From a bacterium (GTDB lineage Bacteria; Patescibacteriota; Minisyncoccia; Moranbacterales; UBA2206): DNA of 49,845 nt. Positions 18,444-28,358 of this stretch are shown here, one piece after another. Positions within the stretch are counted from its first letter, which is position 1. Every line of letters begins with the position of its first letter. A program made the position numbers and the translations under genes. The stretch covers positions 1 to 49,845 of the forward strand of contig JAJYDG010000003.1 in assembly GCA_021777675.1 (NCBI GenBank). Direction: 5' to 3'. The notes under the pieces were generated by a model. It was not told where the DNA came from. It was given only the letters and a program-made list of their open reading frames with translations, and did no database searches.

Positions 18444-18980
18444 TTATATGCCGATAAATCTTTCCAATGCTTCTGCGAAATTATAATCTTGTTTTTTTTC
18501 CGGAATGTGTTTGATTAGAATATTGCGAATTGCAACCGGATCTTGATCATTAATGGGGATATGAACAAATGGTGAGATATAACTTTTGGTGTGAAAGCTA
18601 ATTATTTTTTTATATTCCGGATCGTAAAAAATCCAAAATGAACGCATATTATCAAAATCATAGAATTCTTTTCCGGCAATTATTCCCTCGGGAATAATTC
18701 TAAAATCCAAATTGAGCGGTGTTTTTTGCATATCTAAATAGGCAACAATTCCAATAAGAATAAACACTAAGGCCATCAGCGGGCTATTGGTAAAAGAAGC
18801 ATAGCCTATGATTATTGAAAGTAATAATAACATATATGCAAGGCGTTTTTTATTTTTTTCGAGCATTTCAAATTCCGGAGCATTCCAATGCATAATAGTA
18901 TCAGGCTGATGTTTTTTCGGATTGCCATTTAATTCCTGTGGCGTTATTTCTTTGATTGATTTTTCACTTTTGATGTACAT
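18444..18980 (-). CDS. Hypothetical membrane protein (2 TM plus soluble domain)
   Basis: 178 aa; W.APEF motif before a TM hairpin; upstream extended -10 TGCTAAAAT on the minus strand. Confidence 0.75.
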   Translation of the reverse strand: MYIKSEKSIKEITPQELNGNPKKHQPDTIMHWNAPEFEMLEKNKKRLAYMLLLLSIIIGYASFTNSPLMALVFILIGIVAYLDMQKTPLNLDFRIIPEGIIAGKEFYDFDNMRSFWIFYDPEYKKIISFHTKSYISPFVHIPINDQDPVAIRNILIKHIPEKKQDYNFAEALERFIGI

Positions 18981-19068
18981 TGCAAAATGATAAAAATTTA
19001 TGGGCTATTTTATGATTTTATTTTAGCATAAAATCTTTATTTGAACAAAAGCCAAAATATTATTTTTG

Positions 19069-19077
19069 TGCTATAAT
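19069..19077 (+). promoter_or_regulatory. Extended -10 promoter of the kinase/regulator/pilus operon
   Basis: TGCTATAAT, 18 nt upstream of ATG 19096. Confidence 0.6.
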
Positions 19078-19095
19078 AAAAAAAAGAAAAAAAAG

Positions 19096-20046
19096 ATGAA
19101 AATTATCAATGATTTAAATTTAAAAAAACAGGCGCATGATTTGGGCGTAAAGGTTTGGCAAACACCTGGTTTTATGTTTATTATGCTTGGCGTGATTGCT
19201 GTGGTGATTATGACTGCCACCTTTTTTATTTCTCAAAATTATGATAGTCCCGAGCTGGTTGTCTTAGCGGAAAGCAGTGTGGTAATAATTGTTTTGGCGG
19301 TGGGAAATTCAGTAATAAGCTTGATTGAGCAGATGTTGAAATTAAATCGCATGAAAAGCGAATTTGTATCAGTAGCTTCTCATCAATTGCGTACGCCACT
19401 TTCCGCGATCAGGTGGGAGACGGAGCTTTTGCTTTCAAAACATCGCAAATCCGTTAGCGCAAAACAGCAAAAAAGTATTGAAAATATAAATACCTTAAGC
19501 ATCAGAATGACGCACTTGGTCAATGATCTCTTAGATGTTGCTCGGATAGATCAAGATAAATTGATTATCAAAAAAAAGGCGATGGATATTTCCCTGCCGA
19601 TTAGTGAAGTAATTGCAGAAAATAAACAATTGGCAAAAAACAAGCACATAGAAATTATTTTTGATGGGAAGAAAAAAATGCCGTTTGTTTTTGCCGATCC
19701 GGAAAAAGTACAAATGGTAATTGAAAATTTATTTAATAACGCAATCAAATATACGATTGATTACGGAAAAATTGAAATAAAATTGAGTAAAAATGACAAT
19801 GTGCTTGTTTGTGCTGTTAAAGATAGCGGAATTGGCATACCAAGAGAACAACACGGGAGAATTTTTGAGAAATTTTTCCGCAGTGACAATGTTGCCAAAT
19901 ATCAAACTGAAGGGACCGGGCTGGGTTTATATATCGCTAAAAATATTATAGAGCAAATGGGTGGAAAAATTTGGTTTGAATCGGTGGAAAATTCAGGTTC
20001 TATTTTCAGTTTCTCAATTCCCATAGCTGAAAAAAATCAAGCATAA
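19096..20046 (+). CDS. Membrane sensor histidine kinase (HisKA + HATPase)
   Basis: Two TM segments; SHQLRTPL H-box; NAIKY; DSGIGI; GTGLGL. ATG 19096 preferred over the upstream non-ATG start, which overlaps the promoter. Confidence 0.93.
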   Translation: MKIINDLNLKKQAHDLGVKVWQTPGFMFIMLGVIAVVIMTATFFISQNYDSPELVVLAESSVVIIVLAVGNSVISLIEQMLKLNRMKSEFVSVASHQLRTPLSAIRWETELLLSKHRKSVSAKQQKSIENINTLSIRMTHLVNDLLDVARIDQDKLIIKKKAMDISLPISEVIAENKQLAKNKHIEIIFDGKKKMPFVFADPEKVQMVIENLFNNAIKYTIDYGKIEIKLSKNDNVLVCAVKDSGIGIPREQHGRIFEKFFRSDNVAKYQTEGTGLGLYIAKNIIEQMGGKIWFESVENSGSIFSFSIPIAEKNQA

Positions 20047-20068
20047 ATAATTTTTTTAATTTAATATT

Positions 20069-20434
20069 ATGACTAAAATATTAGTAGTCGAAGATGAACA
20101 AATTCTACATAAAGCGCTGGAGGAATTTTTGGTAGATGAAAAATTTGAAGTATTTGGTGCTTATGATGGTGAGGAAGCGATAAAATTAATAAAAACAAAA
20201 AAACCGGATTTAATTCTTTTGGATATTGTTTTGCCGAAAAAAAATGGTTATGAGGTTTTGGATGCGATTAAAAGTGATGATGAAACAAAAAAAATACCGG
20301 TAATTTTATTAACCAATTTAGAAAGCATGGAAGACATACAAAAGGCTTTTGATAAAGGCGCAACTACTTATTTGGTAAAAGCGAATTATCGCCTGGAAGA
20401 TATAGTCAAAAAAATAAAAGAAACATTGAAATAA
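20069..20434 (+). CDS. Single-domain response regulator (receiver only)
   Basis: ILVVEDE, PDLILLDI, LTN, YLVK; 121 aa with no output domain. Confidence 0.93.
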   Translation: MTKILVVEDEQILHKALEEFLVDEKFEVFGAYDGEEAIKLIKTKKPDLILLDIVLPKKNGYEVLDAIKSDDETKKIPVILLTNLESMEDIQKAFDKGATTYLVKANYRLEDIVKKIKETLK

Positions 20435-20435
20435 A

Positions 20436-22181
20436 ATGCGCATAAGCAATGAACAATTAAAAAATTTCATAGAAGATTCAGGGTTGCTCGATAAAAATGA
20501 TCTTGAGAAAGTTTTCGAGGAAACGCAAGCGAAAGAGGGTAATTTAGGCGATGCTCTTTTGGCGAAAAAAATGATTAGCGAGGTGCAACTGCGAAAACTT
20601 TTTGCCTATATTTTGGGTGTTCCATTTGTTGATTTGCAAAAAGAAACAATTGCTACTGATGTTTTGCAATTAGTTCCCGAGCCTATTGCTAAAAAATATA
20701 AAATTGTAGCTTTCGAAAAAAACGGAACGGAATTGAAAATAGCAATGCTCAATCCGGATGATATCCAAACAATTGATTTTATTCGTAAAAAAACCGGATT
20801 GCGAGTTGTCATATGTATAACTTCGGAAGAAAGCATTGAGGCCATATTAAAACAGTACGGGAAAAGTTTAAAGGCGGAATTTGGCGATATGATCGAAAAA
20901 AATTCTTCTGAAATTGAAAATTCTTCAGGCGATCAAGATCTGGAAAAAATTGCCAGTGATTTACCGATTATTCGCATCGTTGATACACTTATAAAACATG
21001 CGATTATTCAAGGCGCTTCCGATATTCACATTGAACCGGACGAAAAAGAGGTTCGTGTGCGTTATCGAATTGATGGAATTTTGCATGAGGCAATGGTTCT
21101 TCCAAGACAAGTCAAGGAAGGAATTACGGCAAGAATAAAAGTTCTGTCAAATTTAAAATTAGACGAGCATAGAATTCCGCAAGACGGTCGTTTTAAAATT
21201 GAAAAGGACGGATTGAAAATTTCTTTTCGTGTAAGCATTTTACCGATCTTTGACGGTGAAAAAATTGTAATGCGACTTCTTGACGAATCAGCCAAGGGTC
21301 TGACACTGGAATCGATGGGTCTTGCCGGCAAAGCTTTGGAGGCATTGCATCGCGAAATTAAAAAACCCAATGGAATGATTTTAGTAACCGGGCCGACCGG
21401 AAGCGGAAAAACAACAACATTATATACAGTGATGGATATTCTAAACACTGCTGATGTCAATATCAGCACAGTTGAAGATCCGGTGGAATATCGTATGTCC
21501 AGAGTTAACCAAACTCAAATTTATCCCAAAGTCGGATTAACTTTTGCAGCCGGATTGCGAGCACTTTTGCGTCAGGATCCGGATATAATTATGGTAGGAG
21601 AAATTCGAGATAATGAAACGATGGAAATGGCGATCCAAGCGGCAATGACCGGACATCTTGTTCTTTCAACATTACATACTAACAGTGCTGCCGGAGCATT
21701 GCCACGATTGTTGGATATGGGAGCCGAGCCGTTTTTAGTCGCTTCAACGGCAAATGTTATTATCGCCCAACGATTAGTTCGTAAGGTCTGCCATGATTGC
21801 GCAGTAAAATATAAATTAAGTAAAAAAGAAATAGAAACGCTTGGAAGAAATTATAATTTAGCTGAGATATTGGAACATATTAAAAAAAGCGCTATTTTAG
21901 GCAAACAATTAAAACCAAAAGACAGTTGGGAAGATATTGAACTATTAAAAGCCACGGGTTGTGAACAGTGTAGTGATGGCTATCGTGGCAGAGTCGGGAT
22001 TTATGAAGTTTTGGAAATAACTGAAGATGTCCGTCAATTGATTTCCCAAAAGGCTTCTGCTCATGAATTGGAGGAGAGAGCAAAAATGAACGGAATGCTT
22101 ACTATGGTAGAAGACGGTTTTTTGAAATGTATCCAAAACATGACAACCTTAGAGGAAATTTTACGAGTAACAAAAGAATGA
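20436..22181 (+). CDS. pilB: Type IV pilus assembly ATPase PilB/GspE
   Basis: ASDIHIEP, GPTGSGKTTTLY, TVEDPVEY, LRQDPDIIMVGEIRD, TGHLVLSTLHTN, tetracysteine motif. Confidence 0.95.
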   Translation: MRISNEQLKNFIEDSGLLDKNDLEKVFEETQAKEGNLGDALLAKKMISEVQLRKLFAYILGVPFVDLQKETIATDVLQLVPEPIAKKYKIVAFEKNGTELKIAMLNPDDIQTIDFIRKKTGLRVVICITSEESIEAILKQYGKSLKAEFGDMIEKNSSEIENSSGDQDLEKIASDLPIIRIVDTLIKHAIIQGASDIHIEPDEKEVRVRYRIDGILHEAMVLPRQVKEGITARIKVLSNLKLDEHRIPQDGRFKIEKDGLKISFRVSILPIFDGEKIVMRLLDESAKGLTLESMGLAGKALEALHREIKKPNGMILVTGPTGSGKTTTLYTVMDILNTADVNISTVEDPVEYRMSRVNQTQIYPKVGLTFAAGLRALLRQDPDIIMVGEIRDNETMEMAIQAAMTGHLVLSTLHTNSAAGALPRLLDMGAEPFLVASTANVIIAQRLVRKVCHDCAVKYKLSKKEIETLGRNYNLAEILEHIKKSAILGKQLKPKDSWEDIELLKATGCEQCSDGYRGRVGIYEVLEITEDVRQLISQKASAHELEERAKMNGMLTMVEDGFLKCIQNMTTLEEILRVTKE

Positions 22182-22195
22182 TTTAATATTTTTTT

Positions 22196-23416
22196 ATGAA
22201 AGTATTTTATAGCGCGAAAAATTATAGCGGAGAAACCAAGGCAGGAGAAGCGGATGTGAAAAATGAAAGAGAATTGGCAATGCAATTGCGTGCCGATGGG
22301 TTTACGCTTACTTCCTTTAAGGAGTTGAAAGAAGAAGAAAAAAAATCAATAACTATAAAATTTCTCGATCGTTTTTATGGCATTTCATTGAAAGATAAAC
22401 TAATGTTTACTCGTAACTTAAGCGTGATGATTTCTTCCGGATTACCCATATCGCGTTCGATAAAAAATATTTCAGACCAAACCCAAAATAAAAAATTTAA
22501 AAAAATTTTAACTAGTATATTTAATGACATTCAAGCGGGAACAACTTTTGCTGATGGGCTGGCAAAATATCCGGCTGTTTTCGATGATTTGTTTGTTAAT
22601 ATGGTCAGAGTGGGAGAGGGTAGCGGAAATTTGGAAGAAATTTTGCAAATTCTGGCTATTCAATTGGAAAAAGAGCATGATTTGGCAGGCAAAGTAAAGG
22701 GAGCATTAATATATCCGGCAGTAATTATTGTGGCAATGGTGGCAATTGCCATTTTAATGCTTACATATATATTACCAAAAATGATGGGTGTTTTTCAAGA
22801 TATGAATGTGGAGCTTCCCGCTTCAACCAAATTTTTAATTTTACTTAGCAATCTTTTGCGCGAGCATGCAATTTATTTATTGGTAACTCTAATTTTTGGT
22901 GGAATTTTTCTTAAATTTTTTCTGACAACAAAAATGGGAAAAAAAACACTGGCTTTCTTTTTGATTAATATTCCCGTAATTAACAATTTGGTAATTAAAA
23001 ATAATTGCGCCAGATTTGCAAGAATTTATAGTTCGCTTTTACGCAGTGGCGTTCCGGTAATAAGCGCACTCAAAATTATCTCCAATACCTTGACTAATTA
23101 TTATTATCAAGATGCTTTTAAGGAAAGTATCGAGGAAGTGCAAAAGGGGATTAATCTCAGCCAAGTAATTGAAAAAAAATCAAAGATTTTCCCACTGCTT
23201 ATGGTGCAAATGATTCAGGTTGGCGAGGAAACGGGAAAAACAGAAGCGGTGCTTTTGAAATTGGCAGAATTCTATGAAGACGAAATAAGTCAAATTTCTA
23301 AAAATATGTCATCAATCATTGAACCGGTCTTGATGATTTTTATTGGTGGCGCGGTGGGTTTTTTTGCAATTTCCATGCTTCAACCGATGTATAGCATAAT
23401 GGATAATATTAAATAA
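22196..23416 (+). CDS. pilC: Type IV pilus platform protein PilC/GspF
   Basis: Two T2SSF domains; GE.SGNLE, ALIYP, GEETG, IEP motifs. Confidence 0.95.
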   Translation: MKVFYSAKNYSGETKAGEADVKNERELAMQLRADGFTLTSFKELKEEEKKSITIKFLDRFYGISLKDKLMFTRNLSVMISSGLPISRSIKNISDQTQNKKFKKILTSIFNDIQAGTTFADGLAKYPAVFDDLFVNMVRVGEGSGNLEEILQILAIQLEKEHDLAGKVKGALIYPAVIIVAMVAIAILMLTYILPKMMGVFQDMNVELPASTKFLILLSNLLREHAIYLLVTLIFGGIFLKFFLTTKMGKKTLAFFLINIPVINNLVIKNNCARFARIYSSLLRSGVPVISALKIISNTLTNYYYQDAFKESIEEVQKGINLSQVIEKKSKIFPLLMVQMIQVGEETGKTEAVLLKLAEFYEDEISQISKNMSSIIEPVLMIFIGGAVGFFAISMLQPMYSIMDNIK

Positions 23417-23434
23417 GCTTAAGATAAAAAATAA

Positions 23435-24790
23435 ATGATAATCAACGGTAAAAAAGCCGGCTTTATGATGATTGAAGCGTTGACTGTGTTGTTTATATTC
23501 GCATTGATTTCAGTGACTTTTTACGCAGTTTTTTCTGTCGGAACAAAAGCGATTATTGATGTAAAAAATCGTTTAAGTGCCAACTCTTTGGCTAATGAAA
23601 AAATGGAAATCATTCGCAATCTTAATTATTCCAATATTGGAACAATCGGAGGAATTCCCGCCGGCAATATCTTAGCAGATGAGGATGTTATGGAAAATGG
23701 AAAATATTTTCATGTAAAAACATTAGTGCAATATATTGATGATCCATTGGACGGTCTCTATCCGGCAGATCCCGTACCTAATGATTATAAGCGAGTTAAA
23801 ATAACGGTTTCTTGGAATAATGGAAATCCAAATAGCTCAGGAAGTGTTTATTCCGTTTCTAATTTTGTACCATACGGGCTGGAAAGCGGTTTTGCGGGAG
23901 GAGTTTTGGCCATTAATATTGTCGACAGCTCCGGGATTGGAGTCTCTCAAGCAAATGTTAATATTTTAAATTCAAATGTTTCTCCCACGATCAATTTGAA
24001 TGTGTTAACCGATGATACGGGAAATTTGATGTTTCCCGGAGCTCCACAGTCGACACAAAACTATCAATTAACCATTTCTAAATCAGGCTATGAAACAGTT
24101 GCTACATTACCTCCCTATCCGACAACAACATACTATCCAACCGATGTGCATGCTTCTGTTATTTCCGGTGCGCTTAATGTTAAAACAGTAGTAATTAATA
24201 AATTATCAAATCTGAATATTTTTACCGCAGACGGAGCGGGAAATAAAATTACCGGAATTAGTTGTAATTTTATTATTAATGGAGGGAGAATTTTGGGTAC
24301 CGAAGCTGACGCGGCACATACTCCCGTATATAATATTAAAAATCAGAGCGAGACAATCGATACAACTGGTGAAAAAAGTCTTAGCGCAATCAGTCCGGGG
24401 CAATATACGATTACGCCAGCTGTGCCAGCCGGATATTCTTTAGTTGGAGTTGATCCTCTTTCACCATTTTCGTTACTTCCGAATTCAACTTTGGAGGCAA
24501 AAATAAAATTAGCACCCATAAATAAATCAGCACTTTTATTGACAGTGGTAGATGGCGCTACTAGCAGTCCGATTGCCGGAGCCCAAGCTGAATTAAAAAA
24601 TAGTCTCGGATATGATATTGTTCAAACAGCTGGATCGGATGGCGTAATATTTTTTCAAAATGGCAATGATCCGTTGATTCCCGGAACATATGATCTTAAA
24701 ATAAGCGCTATCGGATATCAGGACAATATTTCACAAGAAACAATCAATGCGAATGAATTAAAAACGGAAACAATAAAAATGATCCCTTGA
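23435..24790 (+). CDS. Large minor pilin (PilV-like) with C-terminal carboxypeptidase-regulatory-like beta domains
   Basis: Class III signal KKAG|FMMIE; LANEKMEIIRNL.Y..IGT; DYKRVKITVSW; repeated TD..G / G.Y.L.ISK.GY modules. Confidence 0.8.
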   Translation: MIINGKKAGFMMIEALTVLFIFALISVTFYAVFSVGTKAIIDVKNRLSANSLANEKMEIIRNLNYSNIGTIGGIPAGNILADEDVMENGKYFHVKTLVQYIDDPLDGLYPADPVPNDYKRVKITVSWNNGNPNSSGSVYSVSNFVPYGLESGFAGGVLAINIVDSSGIGVSQANVNILNSNVSPTINLNVLTDDTGNLMFPGAPQSTQNYQLTISKSGYETVATLPPYPTTTYYPTDVHASVISGALNVKTVVINKLSNLNIFTADGAGNKITGISCNFIINGGRILGTEADAAHTPVYNIKNQSETIDTTGEKSLSAISPGQYTITPAVPAGYSLVGVDPLSPFSLLPNSTLEAKIKLAPINKSALLLTVVDGATSSPIAGAQAELKNSLGYDIVQTAGSDGVIFFQNGNDPLIPGTYDLKISAIGYQDNISQETINANELKTETIKMIP

Positions 24791-24807
24791 TTTATTGAAT
24801 TAAAAAG

Positions 24808-25446
24808 ATGCTAATTGAAAAAAAACAAAAAATAAAAGGATTGACTTTAATAGAAACTCTAGTGGCGATCGCTATTTTTGCTATCGGAATGGTTGGATTT
24901 TCAACATTATTTGTTAATGCGTGGCGAAATAACGCCTACACAATCGAAATGGGACAGTCAAATTTGGTTATTTCCCAGGGAATTAGCAAAATGGCCGGCT
25001 ATATCCGCAAAGCAAGACAAGGCGATGATGGAAGTTATCCAATAAAATCAGCCGGTAGTAATGATTTGATAATTTATTCCGATTATAATGAGGACGGGAT
25101 TACTGAGCGTTTGCATTTTTATTATGCCAATGGAACAATTTTTATGGGCATCGCCACCCCGACAGGAACTATGCCAAAAATTTATCCAGCAAACGATCAG
25201 CAAGTCATAGTAATCGCGACAAAAATTGTAAATACAACTAGTGAACCGATTTTTTATTATTTTAATAAAAATTATCCGGGCGATACTGCTAATAATCCCG
25301 TTTCTATTCCTGTAGATATCTCAACGGTGCGTTTAGTGGAAATACATTTAAAAATCAATATAAACCCTAACCGTGCTCCGGACAATATTGAAATGCAATC
25401 GTTTGTGGAAATAAGAAATTTAAATGATTATGATCATATTCAATAG
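24808..25446 (+). CDS. Minor pilin (PilW-like)
   Basis: Class III signal KIKG|LTLIETLVAIAIF. Confidence 0.85.
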   Translation: MLIEKKQKIKGLTLIETLVAIAIFAIGMVGFSTLFVNAWRNNAYTIEMGQSNLVISQGISKMAGYIRKARQGDDGSYPIKSAGSNDLIIYSDYNEDGITERLHFYYANGTIFMGIATPTGTMPKIYPANDQQVIVIATKIVNTTSEPIFYYFNKNYPGDTANNPVSIPVDISTVRLVEIHLKININPNRAPDNIEMQSFVEIRNLNDYDHIQ

Positions 25447-26908
25447 AAAAAAACAAAATGGTTCGACATTGGCTTTTGTGCTGGTAATTATGACCGCTGT
25501 TATGATTATTTTAGTTTCCATGCTTAGTTATATTACTGCTCAATTAAAATTTAGTTATAGCAGAGTGGAAAGAGATCAGGCTTTTCAAATTGCGGAGGCG
25601 GGAGTTTATTATTATCGTTGGTATCTCGCACATCAAATTTCCGGAAAAACCGCTCAGCAAATAAAAGATTTTTGGCAGACGGGAAACCCTTATGGAGTCG
25701 CCTCTCCCTATCAGGCGGATTATTTTGATCCGGAAGGCGGGAAAATCGGTAGCTACAAAATAGAAGTAATTCCGCCCGATCCTAATTCCACAATTGTAAT
25801 TGTAAAATCAACTGGCTGGACAAATAAGGCGCCTGATTTAAAAAGAATTATTCAAGTTCGTTTTCGTCGTCCGGCATGGAGTGAATATTCTGTCTTGGCA
25901 AATAATTTTGTTCGTTTTGGAGAGGGCACGGAAGTTTTTGGAGAAATCCATTCCAATGAAGGAATCCGTTTTGATGGATCGGCTCATAATATTGTTTCCA
26001 GTTCTGTCGCAAGTTATGATGACCCGGATCATACCGGCGGATTGGAATTTGGCGTGCATACGCATGTTAATGTTCCGCCGGCAACCGGAGTGAATGACAC
26101 TTTTCGTTCGGCGGAAGCGCCACCTAATCCGGTTCCTTTGAGAAATGATGTTTTTCTTGGTGGAAGACAATTTCCCACGCCGACAATTGATTTTAATGGA
26201 GTGGTTTCCGATTTAAGTTATATGAAAACGGAGTCGCAAATTTCCGGTCAGGGGCTTTATTTTGATAACAACAAGAGCACTGCTAATTGTAATATTGCTA
26301 CTAAGAATAATTATGGAAGGCATATTATTCTAAAAAGTGATGGGACAATGATTGTTTCTATTGTTACTAACTATGACACCACAACCAATTCAATTAAAAG
26401 TGAAACTTGCACCAAAACATTAACCATACCCAATAATGGAATAATTTTTGTGGAAAATAATCTTTGGCTTGAAGGAATAATAAATAGCGAGAAAATAACA
26501 TTGGTGGCAGCTGATTTATTGGGCGGTTCGGCAAAAAATGTTTATTTGGGAATGAATAATTTGCTTTATACCAATTTTGACGGAAGGGATATTATAGGGG
26601 TAATTGCGCAAAATAATGTGGAAATAATTAAGAATAGCCAAAATTATCTTACCCTTGATGGTGCTTTTTTGGCTCAATTGGGGAGAGTTGGTCGAGCGGA
26701 TTATGGAACAAGCGATTATAAAAATACAATTACAGTTAATGGATCAATTGCCACTAATTTGCGTTATGGATTTTCTTGGACAAATGGGTATCAAAGTTGG
26801 GGGTATGTCAATCGCATACTTAATTTTGACAATAATTTACTTTATTATCCGCCACCATACTTTCCCACCGGAACGGAATATGCGATTGATCTTTGGGATG
26901 AAAAATAA
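25424..26908 (+). CDS. PilX/GspK-like minor pilin with a large C-terminal domain
   Basis: KQNG|STLAFVL lacking E5; AFQIAEAG motif typical of PilX N-termini. Confidence 0.8.
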   Translation: MIMIIFNRKKQNGSTLAFVLVIMTAVMIILVSMLSYITAQLKFSYSRVERDQAFQIAEAGVYYYRWYLAHQISGKTAQQIKDFWQTGNPYGVASPYQADYFDPEGGKIGSYKIEVIPPDPNSTIVIVKSTGWTNKAPDLKRIIQVRFRRPAWSEYSVLANNFVRFGEGTEVFGEIHSNEGIRFDGSAHNIVSSSVASYDDPDHTGGLEFGVHTHVNVPPATGVNDTFRSAEAPPNPVPLRNDVFLGGRQFPTPTIDFNGVVSDLSYMKTESQISGQGLYFDNNKSTANCNIATKNNYGRHIILKSDGTMIVSIVTNYDTTTNSIKSETCTKTLTIPNNGIIFVENNLWLEGIINSEKITLVAADLLGGSAKNVYLGMNNLLYTNFDGRDIIGVIAQNNVEIIKNSQNYLTLDGAFLAQLGRVGRADYGTSDYKNTITVNGSIATNLRYGFSWTNGYQSWGYVNRILNFDNNLLYYPPPYFPTGTEYAIDLWDEK

Positions 26909-26912
26909 TCCT

Positions 26913-26940
26913 TTGATATTTAAATGGATTATGATATAAT
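26913..26940 (+). promoter_or_regulatory. Putative sigma70 promoter of the ABC operon
   Basis: TTGATA (26913-26918), 16 bp, TATAAT (26935-26940) with extended TG. Confidence 0.55.
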
Positions 26941-26970
26941 AAAAATATAAAAAGTAAACTGAAAAGTTTG

Positions 26971-28323
26971 ATGGAAAACGAAACTAAAAACAAAAAATCC
27001 GTAGTCGTTGTGAAAGATTTGAATGTTATTTATAACAAAGGCAAGTCCAATGAAGTACGCTCTTTGGAGGAAATTGATTTGGAAATATTTCCCCAGGAAT
27101 ATGTGATCATATTTGGTCCGTCCGGTTGCGGAAAGTCGACTTTGCTATATTCAATTTCCGGTTTGCAAAGACCGACAAGCGGAATGGTGATGGTTGACGG
27201 AGAAGATATTAGCACATACAAAAAGAAAAAATCTGCGTGGTTTCATCGGCATAAAATCGGAATGATTTTTCAATCTTTTCATTTGATCGGATCTTTGAAT
27301 ATTTTGGATAATGTTTGTTTGCCTAAAACTTTTGATGGAGGAGAAGTTGAGGATCGAAGAGCTAAGGCGTTGGAGTTGCTCGGGCGTTTTACTATTGCCA
27401 ATCAAGCGGATAAATTTCCAATGGAGCTTTCTGGCGGACAACAGCAACGCGTTTCCATTGCCAGATCACTAATCAATGACCCGGATATAATCTTGGCTGA
27501 TGAGCCGGTAGGAAATTTGGATTCAAAATCTTCTCATACTGTAATGGAAATTCTGAAGGAATTGAATGAGATCGATAAAAAAACGATTATTTTGGTTACG
27601 CATGATCCATCTCATTTGCGCTATGGAGATAAAATCGTGCATATGGTTGATGGAAAAATTGTTAAGATAGAACAAAAGCAAAAAGCAAATACTTCAGTGG
27701 AAAGTTATGTTATGAAAGATGGAAAAGTGCGCGAAGATTTGGTTAAGGGAGAGTATATCCCGCTTGATTTGCGCCACCTAATGCGTTCTTTCAGCGGATT
27801 AACAGCCAATCAGATCAGTAATTTGCTGGTTCCATTTAAAGCGCAACAACTGTTTTCGCATCTATTTTTTTCAATGACCAATGATCAAATTGAAAAAGCA
27901 ATAAAAAAAGTGGAAGATTTTTTATATACCAGAATTAATTTTGAGGATTTTTTTGAAGGACTGGACGCGGATATTGAGAAGGGAGGCGCAGGATGGGATC
28001 GGCGAGTCGCCGAAAGCTTTTCCACTCAAGTCAAGCAACTGGTGGAAAGGGCGAGCGAAATAAGTTTTGCGGAAAAGGAAAAAACTGCTCGTAGTTTGGC
28101 TGAATATTTCAAATCCAAATGGAATCTGGATTTGGATGAAAAAAGGGTTTCCGAATTAGCGGGAATTGTTCTTGATAGGTTGGAAAATAGAATCGGCAGG
28201 GATGAATTTCAAGATTTAATTAATTTTTCCAAAGAAAAAAATGGAATGTCTTTCAATAAAAGAACAGCGATTAAGATTTCCAGAGAATTGGAATTGCTTT
28301 TGCTTTTACGCTATTCCGGTTAG
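26971..28323 (+). CDS. ABC transporter ATP-binding protein (LolD/MacB-like) with a ~210-aa C-terminal extension
   Basis: GPSGCGKST, LSGGQQQRV, ILADEP.GNLD, VTHD. Confidence 0.9.
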   Translation: MENETKNKKSVVVVKDLNVIYNKGKSNEVRSLEEIDLEIFPQEYVIIFGPSGCGKSTLLYSISGLQRPTSGMVMVDGEDISTYKKKKSAWFHRHKIGMIFQSFHLIGSLNILDNVCLPKTFDGGEVEDRRAKALELLGRFTIANQADKFPMELSGGQQQRVSIARSLINDPDIILADEPVGNLDSKSSHTVMEILKELNEIDKKTIILVTHDPSHLRYGDKIVHMVDGKIVKIEQKQKANTSVESYVMKDGKVREDLVKGEYIPLDLRHLMRSFSGLTANQISNLLVPFKAQQLFSHLFFSMTNDQIEKAIKKVEDFLYTRINFEDFFEGLDADIEKGGAGWDRRVAESFSTQVKQLVERASEISFAEKEKTARSLAEYFKSKWNLDLDEKRVSELAGIVLDRLENRIGRDEFQDLINFSKEKNGMSFNKRTAIKISRELELLLLLRYSG

Positions 28324-28358
28324 TATAAACAGAATTATTTTTTAAAAAAAATAAAAAA

